Shown piece after piece: positions 26,900 to 38,400 of a stretch of DNA of 64,000 bases. Below the pieces are notes generated by a model. It was not told where the DNA came from. It was given only the letters and a program-made list of their open reading frames with translations, and made no database searches. A program made the translations under genes and the position numbers. This DNA comes from Lingula anatina. Lineage: Eukaryota; Animalia; Brachiopoda. Location of the stretch: NCBI GenBank assembly GCA_051362555.1, contig CM120640.1, forward strand, positions 7,254,001 through 7,318,000, in the 5' to 3' direction. Within the stretch, counting starts at the first letter, position 1; each line of letters begins with the position of its first letter.

Positions 26900-29800
26900 C
26901 TATCTTTTAGCCTTACGGGTAGCCCTCTTGTAAGGTGCAATGATCATGTTAAGAGGCAGGTTTGGACATATATGATCACATGTAACTCCTGGATATTCCG
27001 AAGTTATATCATTCATTCCAAAGTGCTGAATTAACGCAAACAGATTGGGAAATCTCTCTTCAATGTCTCCAAGTCTAAAGACTCCAAAACAGGGCTCAAG
27101 GTCATGAGAAGGACCCCTCAAACTGGTTCTCTGTTGTGGAAAGAGAACAAATGTCATTTACTAGTACTGTAAATATCGTCTAGAACTTATTGATTTTAAA
27201 AATTGTTAAAGTTATACCTATAAAGTCAAATCTATGCCAGTTAAACTGACTAAACTTTAAACAGCATAACTTAAAGAAATACCAAACAGTACCATCTCAT
27301 TCTTCTCATACAGTGTATGATAGTCATTTATAACAAACTATAGGGATGATTAAAAAGGTCAAGTTTACAACCAGAAATCTGAAGAATGTATAAAACTATT
27401 TGATTGGTGATTGAGTGTTAACTTTAGTTTTAAATAAGCCTTTGGTATGTCAACTTAATTTGAGTCCAATAGGAAACTAGTAGAAGTAGTTTTTGTGTTA
27501 CAGGGAATCTACCCTTGCTTCACGTGTAACTTTAACATTTTAAATGTTTTCTAGCTGCTTTTATGGTTCACTAGTTTACTTTAATACAGTATAACATAAA
27601 AATCTGTGAAAAATCTCACCAAATCATATAGAATTTACAAAAACTAAAATAAAATAAAATGATTTCTTTACCTCAATAATGAAGTGCTCTACACATCTTT
27701 GTGCAACAACAATGGACAGCACAAAACTAGCAGATTTTCGTTCTGTATCACTAAACCTATTGAAAAAAACAAACAAAACAAGGCTGCAAAGCTGTCAAAT
27801 GTACAGACAAAAAGCAGAAAATAATAATGCACAAAATAGAATACTGTCAATTCTGATGCAATAATACATTATGCTTAACTGCAAAGTGAACATCAAATTT
27901 TAATTATGCACAACAGGCCCATGAGAGAATTTAGTTAAAGGTCTCTAGTAATATGTCTTAATTCTGTAAATTGTCTTCAATATCTCTGACTTGCTTTCAG
28001 AATCACTGTAATGTTTTTGCCCTTGTGTACTAGTATATAAGGAGAAGTACTTGTCACAGGGGTGGATCCAGAGCTATTTTCTGACAGTCTTCCAAATTAC
28101 CTTTGTTAGGTACATCCTCCAATTTTGACTGTCTTCAAACAGAAAAAATTAGATACCTGTCTCTGTAAACTAAAAAATCTGACTGTCTTCTGGAAGACCC
28201 AGAAGATGGCCTAAATCCACCCCTGTGTAATATACTATCATTAGAGCCCTGTATCTTCACATAAGAAGTCAGAAGTTGTGTACAACAGAAAATATAGTTA
28301 GCAGATAGAAGTGGGCCAGTGACATCAATACCTAGATAGTACAAATAAAGGTGGAGATCACACAGATTGTAGTGAGTCTCAAGAAACATAAATACGGCTT
28401 GGTGTTACATGTTGGTTCCTGACTCAGTTGTCTTATTGGTGAAAAAAGGACAAGTTATTGCAATAACTCACCTCACTAGGTATGTTCCAACTTTTTCATT
28501 GATTAAATATTCCTCTGCTTTGGGTCTATCTAAATATCCAGCAAACCAGCTGCAATTCATCAAGTTAACATTGTTATAAACTAGAGGATCAGAGAGGCGA
28601 TATCGCCTCCAGATATTGTACCACCAGCTGGAGTAAGCGCATTCGTATGGACCCCCCCACCCCTCCAAAAAGGGACACCATCACCAGTCTTGTGCTTGAC
28701 AAGCTCTATAAGATGCAATCAATAAGAGTTCTCAAAATATGCAAAAAAATAAAACTAAAAATGGTATAATCAAGCAGATTTTCGAATTGACTTGCATTTT
28801 CCTACCCTTGATCACTCCTGTATTCTCTAGACAAAAGGCCTATTGGTTTTCCTTGAAAAGTGTTGTCAATGGTGCATATATGCTGACAAAAGAGAAAACC
28901 TAGGGGCAACAAGGGGCACATCTCTGCTAGTTTTAAAGATATGAGAGGCAAGAAAATATGCAAAGCTCAGTTCATGGTGAAAAAGTAGGTCAAAGGTCAA
29001 TTTCAATATCATAGCATATGAATTTCTATTCAAGTTCAATAGCAACCATGGGTATTTCTTTGCCAATTTTGCAGATTTAAAGGCCTGAAAACATGCAAAA
29101 AGCAGTTCATTATAAAAAGTAGGTCAAAGGTCAATTTCAAGGTCACAGATTGCTAGTGTATTACTTCCTATTCAAGTTCAATAGTAACTATGGACCTATC
29201 TCTGTCAGTTTTGGAGATAAAGGAGAAAGAAAATTTGCAAAGTTCAGTTCATAGTAAAAATATGGTCAAAGGTCAATTTTAAGGTCACAGTAAATTGCCA
29301 GTATATGACTTACTACTTAAGTTCAATAGTAACTATGGACCTATATCTGCCAGTTTTGATGATAAAACGGAAAGAAAATTTGCAAAGTTCAATTCATGAT
29401 GAAAAGTAGGTCAAAGGTCAATTTCAAGGTCACACTTAGATTGCCAGTATATGACTTCTTATTCAAGTTCAATAGTAACTATGGACCTATCTCTGCCAGT
29501 TTTGGAGATAAAAGGGAATGAAAATTTGCAAAGTTCAGTGCATGGTGAAAAGTGGGTCAAAGGTCAATTTAAAGGTCACAGTAAATTGCCTCTTATGACT
29601 TTCTATTCAAATTCAATAGTAACTATGGGCATATCTCTGCCAGTTTTGGAGAAAAAAGGGAACAAAAATTTGCAAAGTTCAGTTCATGGTAAAAAGTAGG
29701 TCAAAGGTCAAATTTAAGGTCACAGTAAATTGCCAGTATATGACTTCCTATTCAAGTTCAATAGTAACTATGAACCTATCTCTGCCAGTTTTGGAGATAA

Positions 29801-32800
29801 AAGGGAACGAAAATTTGCAAAGTTCAATTCATGATGAAAAGTAGGTCAAAGGTCAATTTTATGGTCACTGTTAAATTGCCAGTAAGTGACATCCTATTCA
29901 ACTTTAATAGTAACTATTGACCTATCTCTGCCAGTTTTGGAGATATAATGTTACAATTCTGAGTTACAATAATGTGCCACCACAATGTACTTTTTAATAC
30001 AGCATAACACAAAAACCGTATGAAATACAAAAAAACGGAGACCATATGCAATGTTGGGCTTTACATGCTCTACAAAATGCAAAAAAGAACAGCTCGCTAG
30101 CATTAACGGTTCCCGAATTAGAGACAGTTTTCAGTTTCGGTATCTTATGGCCGCTTCTCCCGTGAAAATGCACCGATTGACCCCAAATTCACGGAGATGA
30201 AAGAAGACCCAAAGGGTAACACTTTCCAATAATATAATTGGTTAAGTCTGTGTAGTGTCTGAATAACAGCGCAAATAATATTTTTTTTGTAAAAAATTTC
30301 ATTTTTTTGAAAATTTTGGCCCGTTTGACCTTGAAATAAAGGTCAAAGGTCAAATCCAAGGGCATATTTGAAATCTACACATATGACTTTTGGAAAGCCG
30401 TCTGTAGAAATTTTTCCCATAATTCCTTCCGTAGGGTAGATAATTGGCATTGAATTTTCAAAAATTTTGACAAGGGTGCATTTCAACGAGTGTCACGCCC
30501 AGGTTAATGCACCGACTGAGACAAAAAAACCTGGGGGTTCAAGTTGAGGTTATATGTGACCTAAATCCAAGAGATGGGGACAGGGGTCCTTGCGGTCTAG
30601 GAGGAGAAGCGGTAACGGTGACTTGTATCTGGCGCCAGTACGCGGAGCCGGCGGAGCTTACGGAGCCAACGGAGCCGGCGGAGCCAGACGAGACGGGTCG
30701 GGACTAAAACCATGAGTACCGCCAGCGTACACGCTGGTGGTACTAATTATTTCACCAACAGGCACACCTACATGTAAACTGATCTCAAAAGTGGCTCATG
30801 CACAGAGATTATAATGTTTAAAAACAAATATATTCAATGAAATTTAATGATATCAGTAGGGAAGAAAGATAAAAAATTAAAGAAAACAGTTGAAAGAAAG
30901 CAAATTTCTACCTAAGCAAAAGTAGCATGTCTTAAAGAAGTACATATTGTTCATTGTTCTCGATCTCTAATCATCAAACCTAACAGTTCATTTAACATTG
31001 TTATAATTTGCAGTATGAGTCTTAACCAAGAGCAAACTGGCACAGCCTCTATGATAGGTTATATGCATTAATAATGACTCAATCTTTAAGAAAACAAAAA
31101 ATGACCTGGTGTGGTGACATCTAGTAATGCACACTGCTTACGTCAGACAAAATTTTATTTTACTATAAGTCACATGACAAGTTAAGGGAAATACATAAAG
31201 TACTTAAGTGTGGGTTAAGGACCTTTTTAATTACAGATAATTACTCAGTATGGGGAGAGTCAAGATCAAAGATTGGTTTTTAAAAAAAAACTTTACACCA
31301 GGAAAATTAATTAAATATGGGTTTTTCTCAAGAAAATCTTACACTCACAACTGTGAACTTAACAAGTTATAATTGTGACAGGATTGTAACCTGGCATATG
31401 CATTGCCCAGTATTGAACACTAAACAACAGGTTTGCAAAAATGCACATTATGTATGGTAACTTTTGTAAATTCTACCCAATCAACCTGATTTTCAAAAGG
31501 CAGTCACCTTTTAACCACACAAAACCACTAAGCAAATTTGAAGTAAAACTAAAATATGGTTTGGCAATAAAAGACATGTAAAACAAAACCCTTAACTTTT
31601 GTAAAAAATACTCCCATCATTATAATTGTTAAACACTAAATGCCCTTTTAGCAAAAAAAGCCACTCAGCAAAAAAAAAAGTTTGGCAGTTATGGATACCA
31701 TCTATGTCAGACATGATCAGTAACATAGACAAACACAATTATCAGAATAAATACAGACATGTCCAGTGTCTTTATGATAATATTGTAAGCCACATGCATT
31801 GAACATTTTGTTCATTGCATTTAAATCAAACAGGGAATTTGTTAATGTGTTTCTCATCAGTCAAAATAGTTGTTGGAGGGGGGAAGAGCAAAAGATGCAT
31901 TTTAAAAAAATTTTACCTTTTTTTTTTCCCCTCCTTTGTCTCAACTGTGGAACCTTCATGGAGAATATTGACCTAATAGTATCATAAAATGAACATAATT
32001 TAAAAATTCTTACACATTAAACAATACACTGTATCAAATCAGACCCATAGAATATCATTAGTTATGTCATTCTAGGATTCTGTTACTGTCACCCACTTTT
32101 TACATTTTTTTAATCATTTCTGGAGATCATACCTCTCTCAGAGCAATACATTTTCCTTCTTCAGCTCTCATGGGTCCAAACCATCCAACAAACCTTATGA
32201 AGGCTTCAACCTTGATCTCATCACTGTCCTCTGCACGATCTGATATTCAAAAATAAATTAAATTTGGATATAAAGATCCTACATAAAATCCTTCATGCAA
32301 ACTGAAAGCCATAAGGCATCATTTTATTTCCTAAGTGGTAAATAACTAGTAAATAGTTTTTTTCCTTTTTTTTTTTTGTCTTTTTTTTTTTTTTTTTTTT
32401 GCAACAATTTTGCTCATTAACTACTATAGCTTAAAAATAAAAAGTACTACAGGCTAGTGTATTGTACTAGTATTCAAAAATTTTGTCTGGTTAACCATTT
32501 TTCCATAACTCCAGCTTACCTTCCAGCTGAAGAATTCTTTTCAGAACTTTAAGAGTCGTGTTGTTTCTTTGCTCTGTTGCCAATTTGTCCTCATTGAAGC
32601 TGTCTCCAAGGTGTTTTAAGAAACTGCCCCATTTCTGGAAAAATGAATTTCAGATAAAAAATCTAAATAAAGTTTGCATTTAATATCTATGAAAACTGAT
32701 CCCTAGTAGCATATGTTAATAATTTAATTAAGACTTATTCATAAGTTGGATTTAAAATATGATACACAGATGGTATGTAAATCACAGTCTTGCAGCCTGC

Positions 32801-34299
32801 AGATACAAATCTCCTGACTGTTGGTCAGTTGGACTGCTTAATGGACTTATCGGAAACGATCTCCTATCGGAAACGATCTCCTATGGGTAGAGTACTCAAT
32901 GAACATTGTTTTCTCTTCTCTGATAGGACCAATCGCCTAACAGTCATCATCTCTCATTGGCTGATGCTCAGCATGCGTTTTTTTTTTGTTTTTTTTTTAA
33001 TCCACAGTTGCTAGTTTGTTACAGAGCAAGACACATGCTTGAACACTTTGAATTTCCCACCCACCCACACCTTATTTCTGTGACTGTGCCTATTTAATAG
33101 TTAATTAATTGCTAACATACATATGGATGGGTGTTTCAATGGGATAATTTATGTATGCATGCTTTCAATGCTTAATTCTATGGTTTCCGCAGCTTAAGTG
33201 GCTTTTATTTAGATTTTTCTCAGATTGTTGTATTTCTTTATAGTGTTAGAAAAGCAATAAAGTTTTTAAAGACCATCTGTGTGTTGTTTTAAATAAAGGG
33301 TATGGTACCACCACCACTGAGAGGTTTTATCAACAAAGGCAATATTTTGATCAGTGCTACATGTACATACTGTAGATATAGATACATCCACATTTTTATT
33401 CATTTGTCATCTACTCTACATTTTACGTCACATAATAAGTACAAAAACATCTTAAAAATTTTTTTTAAACAAAAATATCAAAATAAACTGTTGATTATCT
33501 TTCTTACCTTTCTCTCAAAACTTCCTCCTGGTATACTAGTCCAAAAATCTTCATTTTCCAAACAATAAAAGTTTTGCTCATAGTCAGTGGTGTAGGCTGA
33601 AATTATTGAAGTTTCTCAGATCACATGAACATTCAAAATAACTTTTTGTTATCTTTATAAACTTCTTTCAAACAATGTGTTATTGTCTTACTTATCTTCT
33701 TCGAGCCATATTCAGCTCATAAGGCTTGCCAGCATTTAAACAGTTATAAGTTTCTAAAAACGAAAATAGAAAAAAATTACCTAACAAATAATGTGATTGT
33801 TTATAAGTTATACTATTTTCTATTAAATTGCCAGTATATACTTACAACTTTGTGACAGCACTGAGGACCTTTGAGAGCTGCTTAGACTGCTAGCAAGTGA
33901 ACAGACATGCTCACAAGGACCATTTTGATCCACAGGTGGGACTGGCTCAGATAAAAATTCATTTTCAACATCTTCTGAAGCAGCTGCAGCAGCTCCAGCT
34001 CTGTTCTGATCCTCATCCTGCTTAGGGGTAAAATTGAATTGTGATGGTATATTGTATATTTTAATATACAATAACTTAAAAGTTATCAACCTTTCTTGGA
34101 CAACCTATATTTTATAACAACAAACCAACATTATCTAAATAACCTTGCTGTTTTAATCAACACTTATTATACCAAGGGGGCAGAGGGTTAATTGAATCAT
34201 AATATTACTTTTTAAATAATTTTTTAACCACCACACCTGTTCAACCTCTTTGACAACTTCTTCACATGGAACACTCGTTTCATGGTTTTTATCTTCCAT
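26900..34299 (-). CDS. SH2-domain protein with an upstream Cbl/SHK-type EF-hand-like linker, 331 aa. Exons 34299-34237, 34017-33846, 33596-33508, 32634-32520, 32239-32133, 31972-31917, 28549-28472, 27756-27672, 27130-26900
   Basis: All junctions are GT-AG and in phase (996 nt). Linker motifs EDFWTSIPGGSFERKKWGSFLKHL and IKVEAFIRFVGWFGP. SH2 motifs SWFAGYLDRPKAEEYLINEKVGTYLVRFSDTE...FVLSIV...VEHFIIE...FPNLFALIQHF. Confidence 0.85.
28057..28225. mobile_element. CAGGG-ended MITE, family copy 1
   Basis: caggggtggatccag...taaatccacccctg; closely similar to 45656-45823. Confidence 0.75.
28579..30746 (+). mobile_element. Complete non-autonomous Helentron/HINE-like element, copy 2, in an intron of the SH2 gene
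   Basis: Left end AACTAGAG with palindrome gaggcgatatcgcctc. Subterminal gtaccaccagc (about 28618) is inverted to gctggtggtac (30733-30743), which sits in a terminal hairpin. There is a 9-bp microsatellite (cggagccgg)n at about 30642-30690 and an internal ~146-bp array at about 28920-29945. Confidence 0.8.
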
Positions 34300-34912
34300 T
34301 ATTATGCTTAGTTTACTTTCAAATTAAAGCAGGTTGCTTCAGCTCCATTTATCTTCACACAGCCATGTATAGGTGATTATCTGTGAATGCAATCATGATA
34401 CTTATTATCATTATTATTATTTTGCCAAACTATTTTCTGTCTTTTATAGTTTATTAGATTTGTCATCTTAATTTATCAGTTAACAAATAAAAAGGGTACA
34501 TTAACTTTAAAATATCATGTAGATTGCACCAGCATAATATAGTATGCTTATCTATCATAATGTGAAAAAATAACAAACAAATTTAATGAAATTGGCAAAA
34601 AAAAAAAAAAAAAGAAAATGTGCAATTTTAACTTCAATTACTCCAGCAAAGTAGTTATTATGGCTCACGTGGCAATATATGTTATCAAATCTATTCAAAA
34701 ATACTAAACCAACTTTGTTATATATTTTTAAATTTTATATATATCAGTATTGGACTATTATATGTTATGCTTAAGTAGATTTAGGTGTTTTTTGGTTCAT
34801 TAATAACTGATCAAGCTTTAAATATTGTTTATAATGCCTTCAAATGTTTAATCTTAATAATTTCTTAATGTACACTGAAATTGCTACAGGTACAAATTGG
34901 TACAATTTGGTA

Positions 34913-35103
34913 TGTAGCGGTGCACTTCCTCAGCAATCCAGTACAACAACGCTGTGCTTTCTTTTTCATAAATTTAATAGGTTAACGATATATAAGCTAC
35001 TAAGCAGTGCACAAGCTGCTCAGCGTCTGCTACGCCGCCATGTTTCTTTTCCCCCGACGTTACCCCGGTTTATGCACACCGGCACTATATTTACCCCGTT
35101 ACA
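34913..35103 (-). repeat. 3' LTR
   Basis: tgtagcggtgcac...ccccgttaca, identical by eye to 40835-41025. On the minus strand it is preceded by PPT-like GGGGAGGCA and hairpin gactcgggacgagtc. Confidence 0.95.
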
Positions 35104-35415
35104 TGCCTCCCCGGGCAGATAAGACTCGTCCCGAGTCTCCAACCTAGTAACTACCGATTATAACTAAGTCCCAACACACTAAATCAACACTGGGTCTAAA
35201 TCCTTGAAAAAGTTCACAACATTAATATCAACACTATTAACAGTAAAATTCCAGATGAAATGTCTCTTTTAACAGTAAAAGTTCCAGTTAAAATGTTTTT
35301 TTTTTTTTTAAATCCTCTGTCAAAACAACTAACTTGTCCAACATTAACGTGCATATAAACAACAACAATCATAACTGATGAAACCCACAAAATGCCATTC
35401 ATAAGAGTTAATCTG

Positions 35416-38400
35416 TTAGTAGCCATCTCCAATAGCTGCCACAAAGTCTCTGTATTTGGTGGGTCGCCGCACCACTCTTCCTGATCGGGTTGTGACCAAG
35501 GGTTCTCCACTGTCCTGCGAAGCTCCCTTGTCCTTTCCAGCGTCTACAGTCGCTTCTTCTGTCTTTTCTTCCACTGGGATGTGCTCCTCTCCCTCACAAC
35601 AGGCAGTAGCCTCCGGCGCTGCAAACGAATTTCTACTGGTATGTACAATGTAACCTTCTGCTGGAAGTACAGGGGCAAGACGAAGTTGCTCTTGAAAAAT
35701 GTTGGGTCTAGGTACATGTATTTTTGATTCATCTTCCTCCGTCACATAGTCTGAATCTGCTTGAAGTGGGTTAGGTATCCTTGGTGCCTCATAGGGTTTC
35801 AGTCTGTTGTGGTGTACAACCATTTTCTTCTTCGTCACCTCATGTTGTATGCGGTAAGTGACACCTGGCATGCCCTCTGCATTCTGGAATCTTTTCTTCA
35901 CAATATAAGGCCCTTCCCAAGGAAGTGCTAGTTTTCTGTGCCTTGTTTTGGACACCATGACTAGTAACCACACTTTGTCACCCTCTCTATATGGGTGATG
36001 ATGAGCCCATTTATCATACACCTTTCTTTGCCTCTCCTGTGCCAGGGCTGTATGCTCTTTGGTTGTATCAAAGGCTGCCTGTAGTTCGTTGTGTATCTCC
36101 TTTGCGTAAAACCCAGCCTGCTTCCAATACTGTGGTGTTGGTGTACCATAAATGATGTCTGGTGGCAAACGTGGTTCTCTTCCATGCATAAGGAAAAATG
36201 GTGAGAATCCTGTACTCTCGTGAACACTAGCATTGTACGCCAAGGCAAGTGGCCCTAATTTTAGGTCCCAGTCTTTACAGTCTTCCTGTGATGTTTTGGC
36301 GATCATGTTCTTTAGCGTCTTATTGAAACGTTCCACCATGCCATTTCCCTGGGGGTGGTATGATGTTGTTCTTGATTTGTAGATCTGTAGCAGGGCACAT
36401 AACTCCTGACACAGACCTGCCTCAAACTGACGACCTTGGTCAGAGTGGAGACTCTCCGGGACGCCATGCTCCCTGACATACTCCCTAAATAATATGTCAG
36501 CTACAGTCTGGGCCGTTTGATCTTTCATTGGATAAACATTGACATATTTGGTGAAATGGTCCTCTACTACCAAAACATACTTGTTTCCCCGGGATGTTGC
36601 AGGCAATTCTGTAATGTCTGTGCAAACCAACTCTAAGGGTCTACTACTTGAAATACTTTCCATGGGTGCTCGCATGGCTGGCAGGGGTTTCCGTCTGCCC
36701 ACACAACCGGGACATGTTCTACAATAGTCATGCGTCTCTTGCATCATTCCGGGCCAATAAAATCTCTCCTGAAGCTTCCTGAGAGTTTTGTTTCTGCCTA
36801 AATGGCCACCTCCTGCTGTCAGTGAATGTATGTCATGTAATGCCGATAGACGTAGACCTGGTGGCATTACCTGACGATAGATCACCTTATCACGTTTTGG
36901 AATCTGCCACTGGTAACACAGTGTTTCATTAACAATGGATAAATTTTCAAAATGTCTCCAGAAGGTTCGTAACACGCGTCCTTGGTTCTTAATTTGGTGC
37001 CAATCTGGTTTATTTCCAGATCTGACCCAATTCTTCACCAGTGAAATATCAGGGTCTAGGTCCTGTTCTGATCCTATGGAGCCAGCGATGGATGGGTCTG
37101 CTGTGGCTTCTGGTGAGACTGTGGTTACTCGAACCTTTTTTGTTGAGTCTCTCTCCTCCTTTCCTTTTCTCCCATCTTTCCCTTCCTTCTCCGCACCTTT
37201 CTCCATCACATAATCTCCACAGTTGAGCATACCGTTTGCCTGAGTGGTGGAAGAAGTGCTTGTCCTTTGTTTGTATTTTCTTGGTTCCAATGCAGGACAG
37301 GAGGTCTTTCCTTGAGCAGCCGGTGGATCCCTGTCGGATGATAAAGTGTCTGGCATCCTGCTCAGAGCATCAGCTGCTCCATTTTGTTTTCCAGGGCGGT
37401 ATCTTATCTCCAGGTCTCCAAACGAGGATAACTCAATTGCCCATCTACTTCTCCTTCCTGATACTTCTGCTTCTAAATTCAAGCTTTTGTGGTGAGTGAG
37501 TGGTTTATGGTCAGTGTAGATGGTTAGATTCGAGCCCCATACATACACATGGAACTGTCTGAGAGCCCATATAATTGCCCAAAACTCCTTGTCGAATGTG
37601 GCCCATTTTCGTTCAGTTTTACTGAGTGATTTGCTTGCAAACACAATTGGGCGCTCCATGCCATCTTGTTCCTGAGACAAGACTGCACCCACAGCCGTGT
37701 CTGATGCATCTGTGTTTAAGATGAATGGCTCACCCCACCTTGGATGAGCTAGTACGGGAGGGGTAATCAACTTTTCTTTTAACCGCTGAAAGCTCAACTC
37801 ACACTCTTCCTTCCAACCGAAAGGTGTACCAGCTTCCAGCAAGCTATTCAGTGGTCTTGCTATGTCAGCGAATCCTTCAACAAACCGACGGTAGTATGAG
37901 GCGAGTCCTAAAAAGCTCCGAACCTCTTGCTGATTCTTGGGTCTTGGCCAATTCTTGACCTTCTCCACGTTACTGGGATCTGGGCGTATCCCCTCTTTTG
38001 ATACTTCATGGCCGACATTAATTGTTTTCGGCTGTGCAATTTTGCATTTACTAGGCTGCAACTTGAGGTTTGCTTCACGCAGCCTCCTAAATACTTCCTC
38101 TAGTGTCTCCAAATGTTCCTCAAAAGTACGTGTATAGATGAATAAATCATCCAAGTACGTGGACATTACCCTCCAGTTCATGCCACTAAACACAAGCTCA
38201 ATAAGCTTTGCGAAAAGCGGTGGCGCATTGCATAAGCCAAACGGAAGTCTGGTGAAACGGTACAGATCTGGACCAAATGAGAAAGCGGTCTTATCACGAT
38301 CTTCTTCAGATACAGGCACCTGCCAATACCCACTGGTCAGGTCTAGCGTCGTGAATATTGTAGCACCCGCCATACCTGAGAGTACATCGTCGATCCTTGG

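Noticed and set aside
26900-34299. Calling this gene Cbl or STAT
   Set aside because: There is no RING, four-helix bundle, DNA-binding or coiled-coil domain, and the stop follows soon after the SH2.
35104-35415. env gene or endogenous retrovirus
   Set aside because: Only about 310 bp of AT-rich sequence lies between pol and the 3' LTR. ORF 35214-35510 mostly overlaps pol and the UTR and has no env features.
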